Source of the DNA: a virus
Length of the DNA: 64,000 bases
Direction: 5' to 3' (one strand)
IMG/VR virus record: IMGVR_UViG_3300031857_000028
Location: 81,754-145,753 of that record
Part shown: one piece after another, positions 36,232 to 46,698 of the stretch
Position numbering within the stretch: the first letter of the stretch is position 1
How the letters are laid out: each line of letters starts with the position of its first letter
Made by a program: the position numbers and the translations under genes
Notes under the pieces: model-generated
Databases searched by the model: none
What the model was told of the DNA's origin: nothing
What the model saw: only the letters and a program-made list of their open reading frames with translations

Positions 36232-36282
36232 AATAACTGACCATTCCCTATATACCTAGTATATAAGTAATGGTCAGTTATT
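36232..36282. repeat. Perfect 14-bp inverted repeat enclosing a late-promoter-like element
   Basis: aataactgaccatt (36232-36245) / aatggtcagttatt (36269-36282); tataagta at 36262-36269. Confidence 0.75.
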
Positions 36283-36301
36283 TTCTGTGTCTTGTTATTG
36301 A

Positions 36302-37474
36302 TTAAAAATCAAGACGTACACGAAGTAGAACTTCTTCATCGAAGCTCTTTGGAACTGGTTTACTTAATTTTGCAACCGCCAATAATTCGTTTTGATTATT
36401 ATACAATCCTACCGTCGTGATGTATACTTTAGGATTATTCTTAAAATCCGCATACAACAATGAACCGTTGTCAGGATTGTAGAATGTCGGATTATTTGAA
36501 TAGTTATACGATTTATTTCTTAATCGCACGAAATAGTGCGTCGATGAAATAGTTTCTGCAGAACGCGCTTTGAACGCTTTTCCTGTCTTAGTTGCTAAAT
36601 TTAATGAAATAAATAGTCCAGCGTGATTAAACGCAGATTTTTCCACCCCGTAGGTTATACCAGCGGAATGTGTAGTTGGTGCCATCGGACGAGTACTAGT
36701 AATTTTATTTGCCGAGAAAATTGAACTACTGTAGTATGGCGTGGATAGTGCCACCGTGTTTGGTCCAGTAGTCGTACCCGAAGTGTTATTGAAAAATCCT
36801 ACATCTGGACAAATTGCTGTTGGATTAAGGACGATGATTCCCAAATCAGGATATACTATACCATAACCAGAACCACTGTATGCAGTGGAGGAGGTTACCG
36901 AACCAGCCGAACCATCTAATGCACCAGAAATAATTGCATATGCACGACCTGCTTTTGTCGTGGATGTTAATGTCGAACTGAGACGTGCTTCGCCACTGTT
37001 ATCAATATACGTACGAATTCCGTTTGCACCCGACAACGGAAGTTCCCAGTTACCCGGATCTAACTGCTCACGCATACGTGCTCGTTGAATATTAATTACA
37101 TAAATATGGTCAGACTCAACACCATTAAATGTAAACTTTGTATCGCTTGGGTCTAATAATAAATTTCTATATTGACTATAAATTGCCTTAGAAGATAACG
37201 TGGAAGTTTGATTTTCGGCCAATCCAGGTGAACCGCCACCGTTAATGTGTCCGTATGCAATGGAAAATTGTACTTCTGCATTTGCAGCCGATTCACTTGG
37301 ACTCAAATTATACACATCAAAATAATATTCTTTACTGAATGGAATTTGATTTTGCGTGTCAATGTATAGTTCCGATGTTAACGACCCCGTATCACTGGAC
37401 CACAACCCAGTTGTCACCACCGTTGGATATGCCCGTACGATATCGTCTGTTGAGAGTGCTGTATAGATACTCAT
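36302..37474 (-). CDS. Baseplate/fibre-attachment protein
   Basis: QFSIAYGH, IYSQYRNLLL, LDPGNW, YITTVGLYN.QNELLAVAKLSKP...VRLDF. Confidence 0.65.
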   Translation of the reverse strand: MSIYTALSTDDIVRAYPTVVTTGLWSSDTGSLTSELYIDTQNQIPFSKEYYFDVYNLSPSESAANAEVQFSIAYGHINGGGSPGLAENQTSTLSSKAIYSQYRNLLLDPSDTKFTFNGVESDHIYVINIQRARMREQLDPGNWELPLSGANGIRTYIDNSGEARLSSTLTSTTKAGRAYAIISGALDGSAGSVTSSTAYSGSGYGIVYPDLGIIVLNPTAICPDVGFFNNTSGTTTGPNTVALSTPYYSSSIFSANKITSTRPMAPTTHSAGITYGVEKSAFNHAGLFISLNLATKTGKAFKARSAETISSTHYFVRLRNKSYNYSNNPTFYNPDNGSLLYADFKNNPKVYITTVGLYNNQNELLAVAKLSKPVPKSFDEEVLLRVRLDF

Positions 37475-37486
37475 ATGTATTTCCTA

Positions 37487-38128
37487 TTAGGTAGTAGTTG
37501 CTGGATTAATTATAACTGGGATGGTTATAGTTGCCCCGGTTTGATTTCCTATAATTACCAACTGCGTTTCAGTTCTACGAGTTACGTCACGGGGTCTAAT
37601 TGTAAAATCTAATCCTCGTACAACAACTGCATTGGTCATTGGAATATCACCAAAGAATACTGGTACGGTACTCGTTCCTGGTACTGGCGTACTACTTATC
37701 GTGGCTGCTTCAGCATCATATAATATTGCCGTGTATCCAAACGATGGGCCGTTTAATGTACCTTCGCTAGTGGTGGGGGTTATAGGGAACGAAGGATTAC
37801 TTGTATTACTGTACGTAAGCGTAATTGCAGACGTTCCAACTTGTATCGTTGGAATTGAATTTGTTCCTCTATTTAATGTCACCAATTTATATCGTAGATT
37901 TTGCGTTTCATCTGGCGATGCTTCAACAATTGGCATTCGTTCAATTGCACTACCATAATATGCTGTTCCAAGCGGATGTGCCGTGTCATATAATCCATAA
38001 TCTATTTCATCATCCGCAACCGCAAACTGCGTAACATCGAAAGCAGACCGGCCCATTGCCAACAACTCTCTACCTTTTTTTGTTAAAATAGCATCCACGG
38101 TAATTTCATTTCCCGTTAAATATCCCAT
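37487..38128 (-). CDS. Baseplate/tail-collar-like protein
   Basis: DAILTKKGRELLA...TQFAVADDEIDY resembles tail-collar fibre N-termini; TATTTATA at 38159-38166. Confidence 0.6.
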   Translation of the reverse strand: MGYLTGNEITVDAILTKKGRELLAMGRSAFDVTQFAVADDEIDYGLYDTAHPLGTAYYGSAIERMPIVEASPDETQNLRYKLVTLNRGTNSIPTIQVGTSAITLTYSNTSNPSFPITPTTSEGTLNGPSFGYTAILYDAEAATISSTPVPGTSTVPVFFGDIPMTNAVVVRGLDFTIRPRDVTRRTETQLVIIGNQTGATITIPVIINPATTT

Positions 38129-38180
38129 ATGTGTAAACTCCGATTATGAAAGGTCTAATATAAATATATAGTCATAAAAA

Positions 38181-41100
38181 TTAAGTAACATTTAGTTGTC
38201 CTCCACCGCCAGTAATTATTTCTTCGTTCGTTTGAGTTGGGGCCACAATTAAATCAGTTCCTTCACTCAAGAATACTTGGATGGGAGAAAGTCCATCAAT
38301 TGTAGTATCAATAGTATTTTTACATCCCAAATAATTTCGTCGTTTGATAGAGGTTGAATTATCTCTAAAATATCTATAATGCTTTCTCAAATAACCAAAT
38401 GGTACGCGCCGTTGAATTTGTATTGCAAAATAATACATTGACAAGACAAATCCTATCTTCTCCGCAGGGGTTAAGTTATTTATAGTATAATATAATTTAC
38501 CTTCCAACAACGAACTGTCGGATACCAATGTCACAATAGGATTTATTATTTGTGCAGTATTTTCTTCATCTATAGAAAGGTCTACGAGTACACCGTCGTC
38601 AATATTAGGTGCCTGTGTTACGGGACGGTATATGTCTGTATCTCTAGCCTCCGGAGTTCTATACAATCGTACTCGGATACCGGCAGTATTTGCTTGAATT
38701 GCCAACAATGCGGCAATATTTTGTAATATGATTTGGCCGGTCATAAAAGAATTTCCAGATATATTTTGTATAATATAATTATCCACGAATCTATTCGGAA
38801 AATCAATTGCAGACTCTAGTTCAACGCTAGTTAATTTATAGTTGGTCAATACCGGGTCTGGTACCGTAAATGTGTCAAATACCACACGACGAGGTTGATA
38901 ATCAAATTCCGGCGTAAACCGCACCACTTCCCAATTATCTTTATCTAACGAAGGGGGTAGATAGGATGGCACGCTACCCGAATAGAATCGTGTACCATCG
39001 ACTGGGGCTGTATATGATGGTCGAGTTTTGAACGCATAATATTTTTTATTACCGGCACGGGCATCTAAAATAACTTGTAAATTTAAACTACTAGTTTCAC
39101 TTACTTTGACTTCTTGTACAACAACATCGTTTAAATTGTATGATGTACCAAATGACCACGTTGTAATTCCTTCAAATTGTTGTGTAGAATAATTCCACTG
39201 TTGATTTAACGGACGAATATATGCAACACGTTTTTTAATTACTGGAAATTTATACACTCCTTCTGGATGATTGAAGAATGTGTATACTCCCAAGTCTCTG
39301 AAGTCCGCAATTGGTGGTATATCATATAATGCCGGTAAATATATACTTCTCGTCCCACCGTTACGGTCTTTTTCGATTTCCAATCCTAATAATTTTCTCG
39401 GATAGATTCTATCAAATGGTTCAGCGCCCACGGACCCATAATTATTATCATTGTATGGAATCTTATTCATGTCATAGAAACGTGATTCGATGGTACCATT
39501 AATAGGAGTATAATTACTTACTAGTACATTTTCATCGATAGTAAGTATTGCACCCTTTATGTCTTGCATATCTGCAAGTATCACATTTTCCGTTACGTCC
39601 ACCGAAGATGTCAGTAATGATGTTGTGGCTGTGATAACTGGTGTACTTTCCATTTCTGCTTGTAGCAACGTATATTTTGCCGTAGTTTCCGGTTCGGGTG
39701 CAACTAAACCAGAAACGGTATACGTTGCACTATAATCAGGTCTACTACCAGTCAACGAACCAACCGCTTGTAAGGTTTTTCTAGAGTTATTTCCGTAAAC
39801 TCGTGTCTCACGTACTACGGGTACTCTAGTTTGTTCTAGTATTGATTGTTCAATTACTATTCCTTTTAAGGTTGCTGCGCGTGACGGAATAAAATAATCA
39901 ACTACCTGATCTAGTACCGAAGATACTTCCGATAGTATTCGGATATATTGATTTACATCTACATCCACATAGTAATATCTATTATAGTAATTTTTTAGTC
40001 GTTCTAGTGAACGTTCGAAATTTTTATACGTTGTTGTTGGTACACCTAATGCAGTATTTATATTTTCTATACCAAAATTACGTATAATATTCTGATTTAC
40101 AATTTCTGTTGGGCAGTTTGCTAGAACTACTCTGTTCTTACCTCTACTAACTTTTTTATTTTTTTGATTTAGTAAACTCTTCGAACGATAGAGCCGTTTG
40201 ACTCCATTTACATCCGTTACATTACTAGGATACTCCAATAATTTTATTTTATTAGATATATATGATGTCGTTCCAACCGTGGGCACTAGCTGTCGAATAA
40301 CTCTATTAAATCGTGCAATACTTCCCGTTGATATGTTTGACGCAGATACATGTAATAATTGATTAATTGGTACAGAAGTCTCATTTAATAACAATGAACT
40401 TGATACGAGTAGATCGGTATCAATCTTATTAAATGACAGTTGTACCAGTAGGTTTTCAACTGCCGACGTATATGTATCTCCTGCATTTGAACCTGGATCA
40501 AAGGCAGTATTTAATATCATTTCATCAGAAACAGAATCATTCCATAGTCTGAACTCATCGATAGTACCTACGAATGAAGAATTCCCGTACAGTGTACCTA
40601 TACCACCGAGATATATCGTCTGTGTATTTTGCCAAGCCGAATTGAATGTGACAGATTCAGTTGTATATGAATCGAATAATATATCATCGCCTTCAGTTTT
40701 TATCAAACGTAAACTTGTTTCATCGACAGTACTACGTAATGCAATATTGAATAATTCATTATCAAATATTTCTTCGTAATTAGTAATTATTGAAGAACTC
40801 CCAGACGTATTACGTAATTCAAGTCTACCAATTTTTGGTATAGATGGATGAGGTACGGCTAATAACTCCCATCCATTATTACTATTGATGATAGTTGTAA
40901 TTTTATTGGTATCCAATGCCAAATTCAGTTGTAATGTTTCTGGATTGTTCAGCATTGGAATTTGTATATACGGCATCATTGATGACGTTGTACTTGAACT
41001 CACTGCAGTTGATGCACTAAAATACAATCCCGTCGAATTTTCGTCAAAAATATAAAATGAGCCTGAACTTGCTATACCAGTTTCTCGTACAGTTACTAAT

Positions 41101-42869
41101 GAATTTTTAAAGCCTAATGTTTTTATTAAAGTTAATAGCGATGTTCTGGAGCCCTTGGATTTTACGAAGAACGGTAAGTTATGTAACAATCGCTTGTACA
41201 CTTCTGCCGTAATGTCACGACGAGGTTCTTCCTCTAAAGTTCCAAGAATATTATCGGCAAGATTATATATTGAATTAACCGTTGGCATAGTAAATCCAAC
41301 TGCTTCTGCAATTTCATTGATTAAATCTTTCGATAATCCTTGATTTGGGTCCAGACCACGGTCGTATATGTATGGGAAATGATCAACGTATGGTTTTAAT
41401 GTATCAAAGAAATGTCCTATCATGGTCACAAAAGTGATATAAGGAGAATTTTCCTCATGTTCACGTACGTGCGTTGGAATAGTATTAATTAAATTATTTT
41501 CATTAAATTCATCGTATCGTTGTGCAATTTCAAGTTGTGTACTAAACCACTCCTCTACTTCAGGACTATACACTGGTGCAATCACATTTCCTATTTTTGG
41601 CCAATATGACGAAGAATTAAATTCCGTTCCAGTATCTGCATACCACGCAGATGCTGTATATGGCAGTGTAGACCCCGATGTGAAGTATAAGTGTTGTTCA
41701 TATCTATCAAATGAACGAATGATGTTTTCTTTTTCCAGCGCATATTGCGCACTCTTATCTTGAATAAAAATTGCTGCAGCAGAAGATGTTTGCATTGAAT
41801 ATACAGATGACGATAGAAACTGTTGTCTGTTATATTCGATGTTTTCTATAAGTTTTAATTTTTCTCTAAATGCCTGCAAACGCATTGTTGCAGAGCCATA
41901 AAAAACAAACTTATTATAGTCTGTAAAATCTAGATTTAGTTCTGCGGAGTCAAAGTCGTATGAGTACCACTTTCTGAATATTTCGTCCTCAAACGTTTTA
42001 TTCTTATATAGGTCGTCTGCACCTACAGAACCCGTTTGCAGTGATAATAATTTTAATGTAACATTGTTTAAACTCTTACCGAGACTAAAGTCTGTTGCTA
42101 CTCCTAAATTTTTTGGTCTTAAGTATGGTGTTGTATCTATCTGTGGAGGGAATCGTACTCTAATTTTATCAATTACTGTTTTTGCAACTTCTCTACTCAA
42201 AAACACAGGTGTCTGTGTCTGTATTTCGTCGGGAATTGGTTGCAATAATTTTAATTGAATAGTATTTACGGTATTTAAATCTCGTTGACCATATCGCTGT
42301 GCAACCACTACTGTCTGTTTATCGTCACCGTAGTTTAATAATGTCTTAAGTTCACGCTCCTCATCTATATAATTTCTAATTGCAGCGTTTAAGAAATCAA
42401 ATGATGCACTTATCAGTGGCTGAGAAATGTTCACATCAATTAAATCTACTTTTAATTGAAACTGGTACTGAACATTTGCCGTTTGCCGTGCCGTTACTTC
42501 AGGATTAACCCTTATTTTAATAGGATATGTTAGATTGACCTTAATTTTGCTTCTTAATACTGCAGTTGTTGTGACCGTGTTATTATATGTGTTTGTACTT
42601 GACGTATTTTGATTGGGTGGTATACTGGCACTTTGCGATTGTGGAGTTCGATCGGGTGGTAATGCACGTAGGTAGACACCGGCAGGTGCTGCTTCACCAC
42701 CGGTTAATACACCTGTTCTATAATTGTTTGCTAGTTGAGGATATCGCTGTTCGTCCACCCACACCCATCCACCCAACGTGGTACGTATTCTAACGTAATT
42801 TGGAGGAATCTCGTTAGCAGTTTCTAAAGAAAGTGCTTCTGCTTCCGTGAGAGGTATTATATTACTCAT
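38181..42869 (-). CDS. Large baseplate wedge protein (gp7/P2 gpI-like region plus LamG-like domain)
   Basis: MIGHFFD, YKRLLHNLP...KSKG motif; FVGTIDEFRLWN LamG motif; baseplate context. Confidence 0.65.
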   Translation of the reverse strand: MSNIIPLTEAEALSLETANEIPPNYVRIRTTLGGWVWVDEQRYPQLANNYRTGVLTGGEAAPAGVYLRALPPDRTPQSQSASIPPNQNTSSTNTYNNTVTTTAVLRSKIKVNLTYPIKIRVNPEVTARQTANVQYQFQLKVDLIDVNISQPLISASFDFLNAAIRNYIDEERELKTLLNYGDDKQTVVVAQRYGQRDLNTVNTIQLKLLQPIPDEIQTQTPVFLSREVAKTVIDKIRVRFPPQIDTTPYLRPKNLGVATDFSLGKSLNNVTLKLLSLQTGSVGADDLYKNKTFEDEIFRKWYSYDFDSAELNLDFTDYNKFVFYGSATMRLQAFREKLKLIENIEYNRQQFLSSSVYSMQTSSAAAIFIQDKSAQYALEKENIIRSFDRYEQHLYFTSGSTLPYTASAWYADTGTEFNSSSYWPKIGNVIAPVYSPEVEEWFSTQLEIAQRYDEFNENNLINTIPTHVREHEENSPYITFVTMIGHFFDTLKPYVDHFPYIYDRGLDPNQGLSKDLINEIAEAVGFTMPTVNSIYNLADNILGTLEEEPRRDITAEVYKRLLHNLPFFVKSKGSRTSLLTLIKTLGFKNSLVTVRETGIASSGSFYIFDENSTGLYFSASTAVSSSTTSSMMPYIQIPMLNNPETLQLNLALDTNKITTIINSNNGWELLAVPHPSIPKIGRLELRNTSGSSSIITNYEEIFDNELFNIALRSTVDETSLRLIKTEGDDILFDSYTTESVTFNSAWQNTQTIYLGGIGTLYGNSSFVGTIDEFRLWNDSVSDEMILNTAFDPGSNAGDTYTSAVENLLVQLSFNKIDTDLLVSSSLLLNETSVPINQLLHVSASNISTGSIARFNRVIRQLVPTVGTTSYISNKIKLLEYPSNVTDVNGVKRLYRSKSLLNQKNKKVSRGKNRVVLANCPTEIVNQNIIRNFGIENINTALGVPTTTYKNFERSLERLKNYYNRYYYVDVDVNQYIRILSEVSSVLDQVVDYFIPSRAATLKGIVIEQSILEQTRVPVVRETRVYGNNSRKTLQAVGSLTGSRPDYSATYTVSGLVAPEPETTAKYTLLQAEMESTPVITATTSLLTSSVDVTENVILADMQDIKGAILTIDENVLVSNYTPINGTIESRFYDMNKIPYNDNNYGSVGAEPFDRIYPRKLLGLEIEKDRNGGTRSIYLPALYDIPPIADFRDLGVYTFFNHPEGVYKFPVIKKRVAYIRPLNQQWNYSTQQFEGITTWSFGTSYNLNDVVVQEVKVSETSSLNLQVILDARAGNKKYYAFKTRPSYTAPVDGTRFYSGSVPSYLPPSLDKDNWEVVRFTPEFDYQPRRVVFDTFTVPDPVLTNYKLTSVELESAIDFPNRFVDNYIIQNISGNSFMTGQIILQNIAALLAIQANTAGIRVRLYRTPEARDTDIYRPVTQAPNIDDGVLVDLSIDEENTAQIINPIVTLVSDSSLLEGKLYYTINNLTPAEKIGFVLSMYYFAIQIQRRVPFGYLRKHYRYFRDNSTSIKRRNYLGCKNTIDTTIDGLSPIQVFLSEGTDLIVAPTQTNEEIITGGGGQLNVT

Positions 42870-42870
42870 A

Positions 42871-43380
42871 TTATTCTATCCTCAACGAATTTGGAAGTAC
42901 ACGGCGATTATACGGTTGAATAGTAACATTTCTTCTGGCAATATCCGTATTAGTTATATTTGTTACTGCTACATTTATAGAAGTAAGTTGATTGTCTAAC
43001 TGAGCCAAATCTAATACAAAATTATTTACCATAATATCAATATTTAGTATTTCTGACGGTTTAAACGTCTTTGTAATTTTCGTCGTATTATTTGCTGCAT
43101 CTTCGAATACCGCATCGGTTGAAGTCTTTAAAATAAACCAATCTTTGGAATACGTAATTACCGCTTCCAAATCAACATTTGCAGTAATATTACGTATATT
43201 AAGTGTAGCAACATATGAATTGTCCGTTCCCAACGCATATTCTATAATAGTTGGATTAGTATTTGGCGCCAAATCATACGTAAACATATCTCCAACAGTC
43301 GTTATTTCTGCAATTTCTGGAAATGGTGTATAATTTTCCAAGTATGGTACTTGGCCCGTTGTGAAATTTTTTAGAGGCAT
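42871..43380 (-). CDS. Hypothetical baseplate-region protein (Ig-like)
   Basis: Beta-rich ORF coupled within the operon. Confidence 0.5.
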   Translation of the reverse strand: MPLKNFTTGQVPYLENYTPFPEIAEITTVGDMFTYDLAPNTNPTIIEYALGTDNSYVATLNIRNITANVDLEAVITYSKDWFILKTSTDAVFEDAANNTTKITKTFKPSEILNIDIMVNNFVLDLAQLDNQLTSINVAVTNITNTDIARRNVTIQPYNRRVLPNSLRIE

Positions 43381-43383
43381 ATA

Positions 43384-44361
43384 TTAAAGTTCCGTTATAT
43401 CTACATTTAATTTAATTCTTGAATCCCCGTCACCTAATTTATCATATAGTTCCGACCGTATACCTACGGTAAATGTTGTTGAACCTCTAGGTGTCAACGT
43501 AAGTGTACTAGGTGTTATAACAATTTCCGGATTGGTTTGGAACGTTGTGAGAAAAGTACTCGCGTACGAAGGATTAAATGCCCTAATAACTTGAGGGGGT
43601 GGATACCTGTTGGTGCCTCTATTGTATATAAAATTTAATGCAATATTTAAATCCGGTTCAAAACTTACTATAGTAGTTGGTTCCCAACAAATACCACCTT
43701 CAACCCCTAAATAGTTAGCAGACCTATAATCTGTAGGTATTGGTGCTGTACTAAGTGTACCATCTATACAACGTCTCCATGGTACCACAGTTGGCGTTGG
43801 TGTTGGTGGTACTTGCGGTGTTGACGTTGGTGTTATTATGACAGCCGTGGGCGTTGGCGTTGGCCTTGGACCCGTCACTGTTGGCGTTGGTGTTGGGCCT
43901 GGTGTTGGACTTGGTGTAGGCGTTGGTGACGGACCCGGTGTTGGTGTAGGCGTTGGTGACGGGCCCGGTGTTGGTGTGGGCGTTGGTGTTGGTGTTGGGC
44001 CTGGTGTTGGACTTGGTGTTGGTGTGGGTGGTACTGGTGTTGGCGTGGGGAGAATCACTGGAACGCATCTATAAATTGGTGTAAAATTTATCCCCGTCCC
44101 CATTCCAACACCAATTCCAACTACTCCTCCCGTTTGAGTTACCCCTTGGAACACACATACAGACCCAGGTGGGCAATTTTGTGCCGCAACATCACAATCA
44201 CTGGTTTGAACTGGTGCAGTCGTTGGCGTCGGTGTTGGTCTTGATGACCCTCCACCAGACGAAGCCTCTCTACACTGCCCGCTAACGCAAATTAGCGCCG
44301 TGTCAAACAAGGTATTTGAATTGCAATCTGAGTCTGTTCTACAACTGTCACCAATAGCCAT
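43384..44361 (-). CDS. Cys-rich protein with a long Pro-Thr linker and C-terminal Ig-like domain
   Basis: CRTDSDC...[20 protein letters not shown], about 90 aa of (PT)n/PGP, then a beta domain. Confidence 0.7.
   Translation of the reverse strand: MAIGDSCRTDSDCNSNTLFDTALICVSGQCREASSGGGSSRPTPTPTTAPVQTSDCDVAAQNCPPGSVCVFQGVTQTGGVVGIGVGMGTGINFTPIYRCVPVILPTPTPVPPTPTPSPTPGPTPTPTPTPTPGPSPTPTPTPGPSPTPTPSPTPGPTPTPTVTGPRPTPTPTAVIITPTSTPQVPPTPTPTVVPWRRCIDGTLSTAPIPTDYRSANYLGVEGGICWEPTTIVSFEPDLNIALNFIYNRGTNRYPPPQVIRAFNPSYASTFLTTFQTNPEIVITPSTLTLTPRGSTTFTVGIRSELYDKLGDGDSRIKLNVDITEL
43790..44050. repeat. Coding (Pro-Thr)n low-complexity repeat
   Basis: tggtgt/tggcgt hexamers; near-duplicated 30-bp unit ggtgtaggcgttggtgacgg.cccggtgtt. 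Confidence 0.85.
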
Positions 44362-44384
44362 GTATATATTCCATTTAAATAATA

Positions 44385-45242
44385 TTAACTAACTTGTATT
44401 CGTCTGTCTGCACTATTCGAAAACGTATTAATTTTTTCATTAACTACTTTTTCTATAATATTTCTATATTCATCTTCTTGTATACGTTCGTCACCTTTAA
44501 TAATTATTTCTTCTACCACATATTGATATAAATTCATAACAAATTCATTTAAATCATTTTCAAACTCACTGAGTATACCCAATCGGTCAATTTTACCTAT
44601 TGTTTGTTCGTATGTCTGGTCAACCACTTCTATGCGTTCTATGATGTTACGTGCAGTTACCCCTTCAGTGGAGTCGTTTAATTGAACACCCGATTTAAAT
44701 ATCTTTTCTGCAACTCCTGCTGCATCAATTTTATTGAATGCCTTTTCAACAAACTCTTTTGCTAAAACATTATTACTTCGTATTGCTGGAGCGTCAATTG
44801 AATTGTTAAATGATAATTGTACTTCTGTTCTAGAATCTGATATTACATCTATATTTAAAATTTTGTTTTCATATGTACCAATTTCATCGGCAAAAAAGTT
44901 GATTGCAACTCTGTAATCACCTGATACTAGAATAATGTTTTTATCTATAAACAATTTAGTAAAGTCAATTCGTAAGTAATTTTTATACGTATTATCCGCA
45001 TACTTCACAGTATGCACTTTTAATACGTCATCCGATAGTTTGACAGTAATACTTAGTACTAACACATTTGTTATAAGAGAGTAGAAATGTAATTCTACGT
45101 TATCATTATTGTCATACCCAAAACTGGCAGGTATTTCTTCGAATAGAATTAATTCACTTGGATTATTTACTACTCTAGACGCTAAAAATCGTATATCTGT
45201 CTTGGTGGTAATATCACTTCGAAAATTAGTTTGATTTGGCAT
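44385..45242 (-). CDS. Hypothetical baseplate-region protein
   Basis: VELHFYS...G.YRV.INFF...[10 protein letters not shown]; operon context. Confidence 0.55.
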   Translation of the reverse strand: MPNQTNFRSDITTKTDIRFLASRVVNNPSELILFEEIPASFGYDNNDNVELHFYSLITNVLVLSITVKLSDDVLKVHTVKYADNTYKNYLRIDFTKLFIDKNIILVSGDYRVAINFFADEIGTYENKILNIDVISDSRTEVQLSFNNSIDAPAIRSNNVLAKEFVEKAFNKIDAAGVAEKIFKSGVQLNDSTEGVTARNIIERIEVVDQTYEQTIGKIDRLGILSEFENDLNEFVMNLYQYVVEEIIIKGDERIQEDEYRNIIEKVVNEKINTFSNSADRRIQVS

Positions 45243-45245
45243 ATA

Positions 45246-45662
45246 TTAACCAATCTCCACGGTGTCATCACCGCTAATAAAAACTAGTGTTAATTCAGTA
45301 AAATCTCTATCTATGTTAGCCATTACTTCTCTATTATATCGTTCAAAATAAATAGGAACATAATATCCTTGTGATGCAGTTGGCTGCGTTTCAATATTTG
45401 GACTGACTATAATGGTTGACCCGTCATAATCCAACGGAGTTACAATTTTAAACGGATGGGTATAGGAAATTTCAGGTTGTAATTCTGCCAGTGATTGTGT
45501 AGTCGGTATTACACTAGGATTTATAACCCGTGTATCTACGGTAAATATGTCACCTTCTTGAGAAAAATTTTGAGTTGTTACTGTAATGATGTCATCATTA
45601 TTTTTTGGTAATGTCACCAAAAATTTTTGTAGGAATGAATCTAAAAAATTACTCATCGGCAT
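45246..45662 (-). CDS. Hypothetical baseplate-region protein
   Basis: Coupled ORF with C-terminal IDRDFTEL. Confidence 0.5.
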   Translation of the reverse strand: MPMSNFLDSFLQKFLVTLPKNNDDIITVTTQNFSQEGDIFTVDTRVINPSVIPTTQSLAELQPEISYTHPFKIVTPLDYDGSTIIVSPNIETQPTASQGYYVPIYFERYNREVMANIDRDFTELTLVFISGDDTVEIG

Positions 45663-46686
45663 CTACCTTGAATGTATATTTAAATTCTGGGAAGAACACT
45701 AAACTACCGGATTTAATTTTTATATCCACGGTGTAATATCGATTTATTTCCAATGCGGATGTATCCAGTACGAAATATGAACCCGACACATCACAACTAA
45801 TTGCAGAATATTGATCAAAATCATACAACACTGTACCAGAGACATCATCGGTTATTCTGAAATATGATTGCGACGGTAAATAATATGTATTACGATATCG
45901 TTGTACGGAGTCGTATTTTTTATCTGGATATAAATCTCTGGTAACCAAATACACCTTATCTATCTCGCCACGGGTGTATGCCTCTTTGATGTTGCGTGGT
46001 ATTATCGACACGTTACTGTTACGTATTGGTTTCAAACTTCCCGTTTGGAATTGCTGGTCCGACCACACAATTTCTAGCTTAGGTGCAAAGATGGTGTGAG
46101 TATTTCCAGAAAATACTTTAATATTTCCTTTATTGTTCTGATCTAGTTCATCCCCCGTGGGGTATTTTATTAGTAATCCATTCCACAACGATGTACTACC
46201 AGATACAACGGGCGCAATGATACTTGTAACATCAATCTTAATATCTTCGATAGGCACGTTTTTCATTACATATGAAGCACTTGGAGTAGATACAAAATCA
46301 CTGCCAGATGTTGTCCAATTTACCAACCTGTCAGACTCACTCCATGTTGCACCATCTTGCATATTTTTCACATCTTGATAAAAATATCCACTACCCTCTA
46401 CCCAACTACTTGATATCGGATATACGTTTAATTGCTGATAACGTTTTACATTTTTTGCATTTGCTATACGAAAATGTAAATAATATTTTGCATTACTTGG
46501 ATATTGCTGCGCAGATGGTATATCAAAATTAATTAATGCACGGACTGATGAGGATGCATACATAACATCCCCGTCAAGCGTACGAGTTAACTTACCAATT
46601 TCTAAAATTTCATCCAAACCGGTATTAATGGTCGGGTATCGTTGATATATTGTGGTATCTTGTGTGGGTGATAAAAACGTTCTCAT
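45649..46686 (-). CDS. Baseplate-associated protein (DNRLRE-like beta domain)
   Basis: QDTTIY...NTGLDEILEI, RALINFD, WVEGSG..ATW, IDVT.I, NGLLIK, T...PKLEI.W. Confidence 0.6.
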   Translation of the reverse strand: MRTFLSPTQDTTIYQRYPTINTGLDEILEIGKLTRTLDGDVMYASSSVRALINFDIPSAQQYPSNAKYYLHFRIANAKNVKRYQQLNVYPISSSWVEGSGYFYQDVKNMQDGATWSESDRLVNWTTSGSDFVSTPSASYVMKNVPIEDIKIDVTSIIAPVVSGSTSLWNGLLIKYPTGDELDQNNKGNIKVFSGNTHTIFAPKLEIVWSDQQFQTGSLKPIRNSNVSIIPRNIKEAYTRGEIDKVYLVTRDLYPDKKYDSVQRYRNTYYLPSQSYFRITDDVSGTVLYDFDQYSAISCDVSGSYFVLDTSALEINRYYTVDIKIKSGSLVFFPEFKYTFKVDADE

Positions 46687-46698
46687 ATATTATCTCAT

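Noticed and set aside
43751-44074. Alternative-frame ORFs with (NT)n and (GV)n repeats
   Set aside because: By-products of the Pro-Thr repeat in 43384..44361
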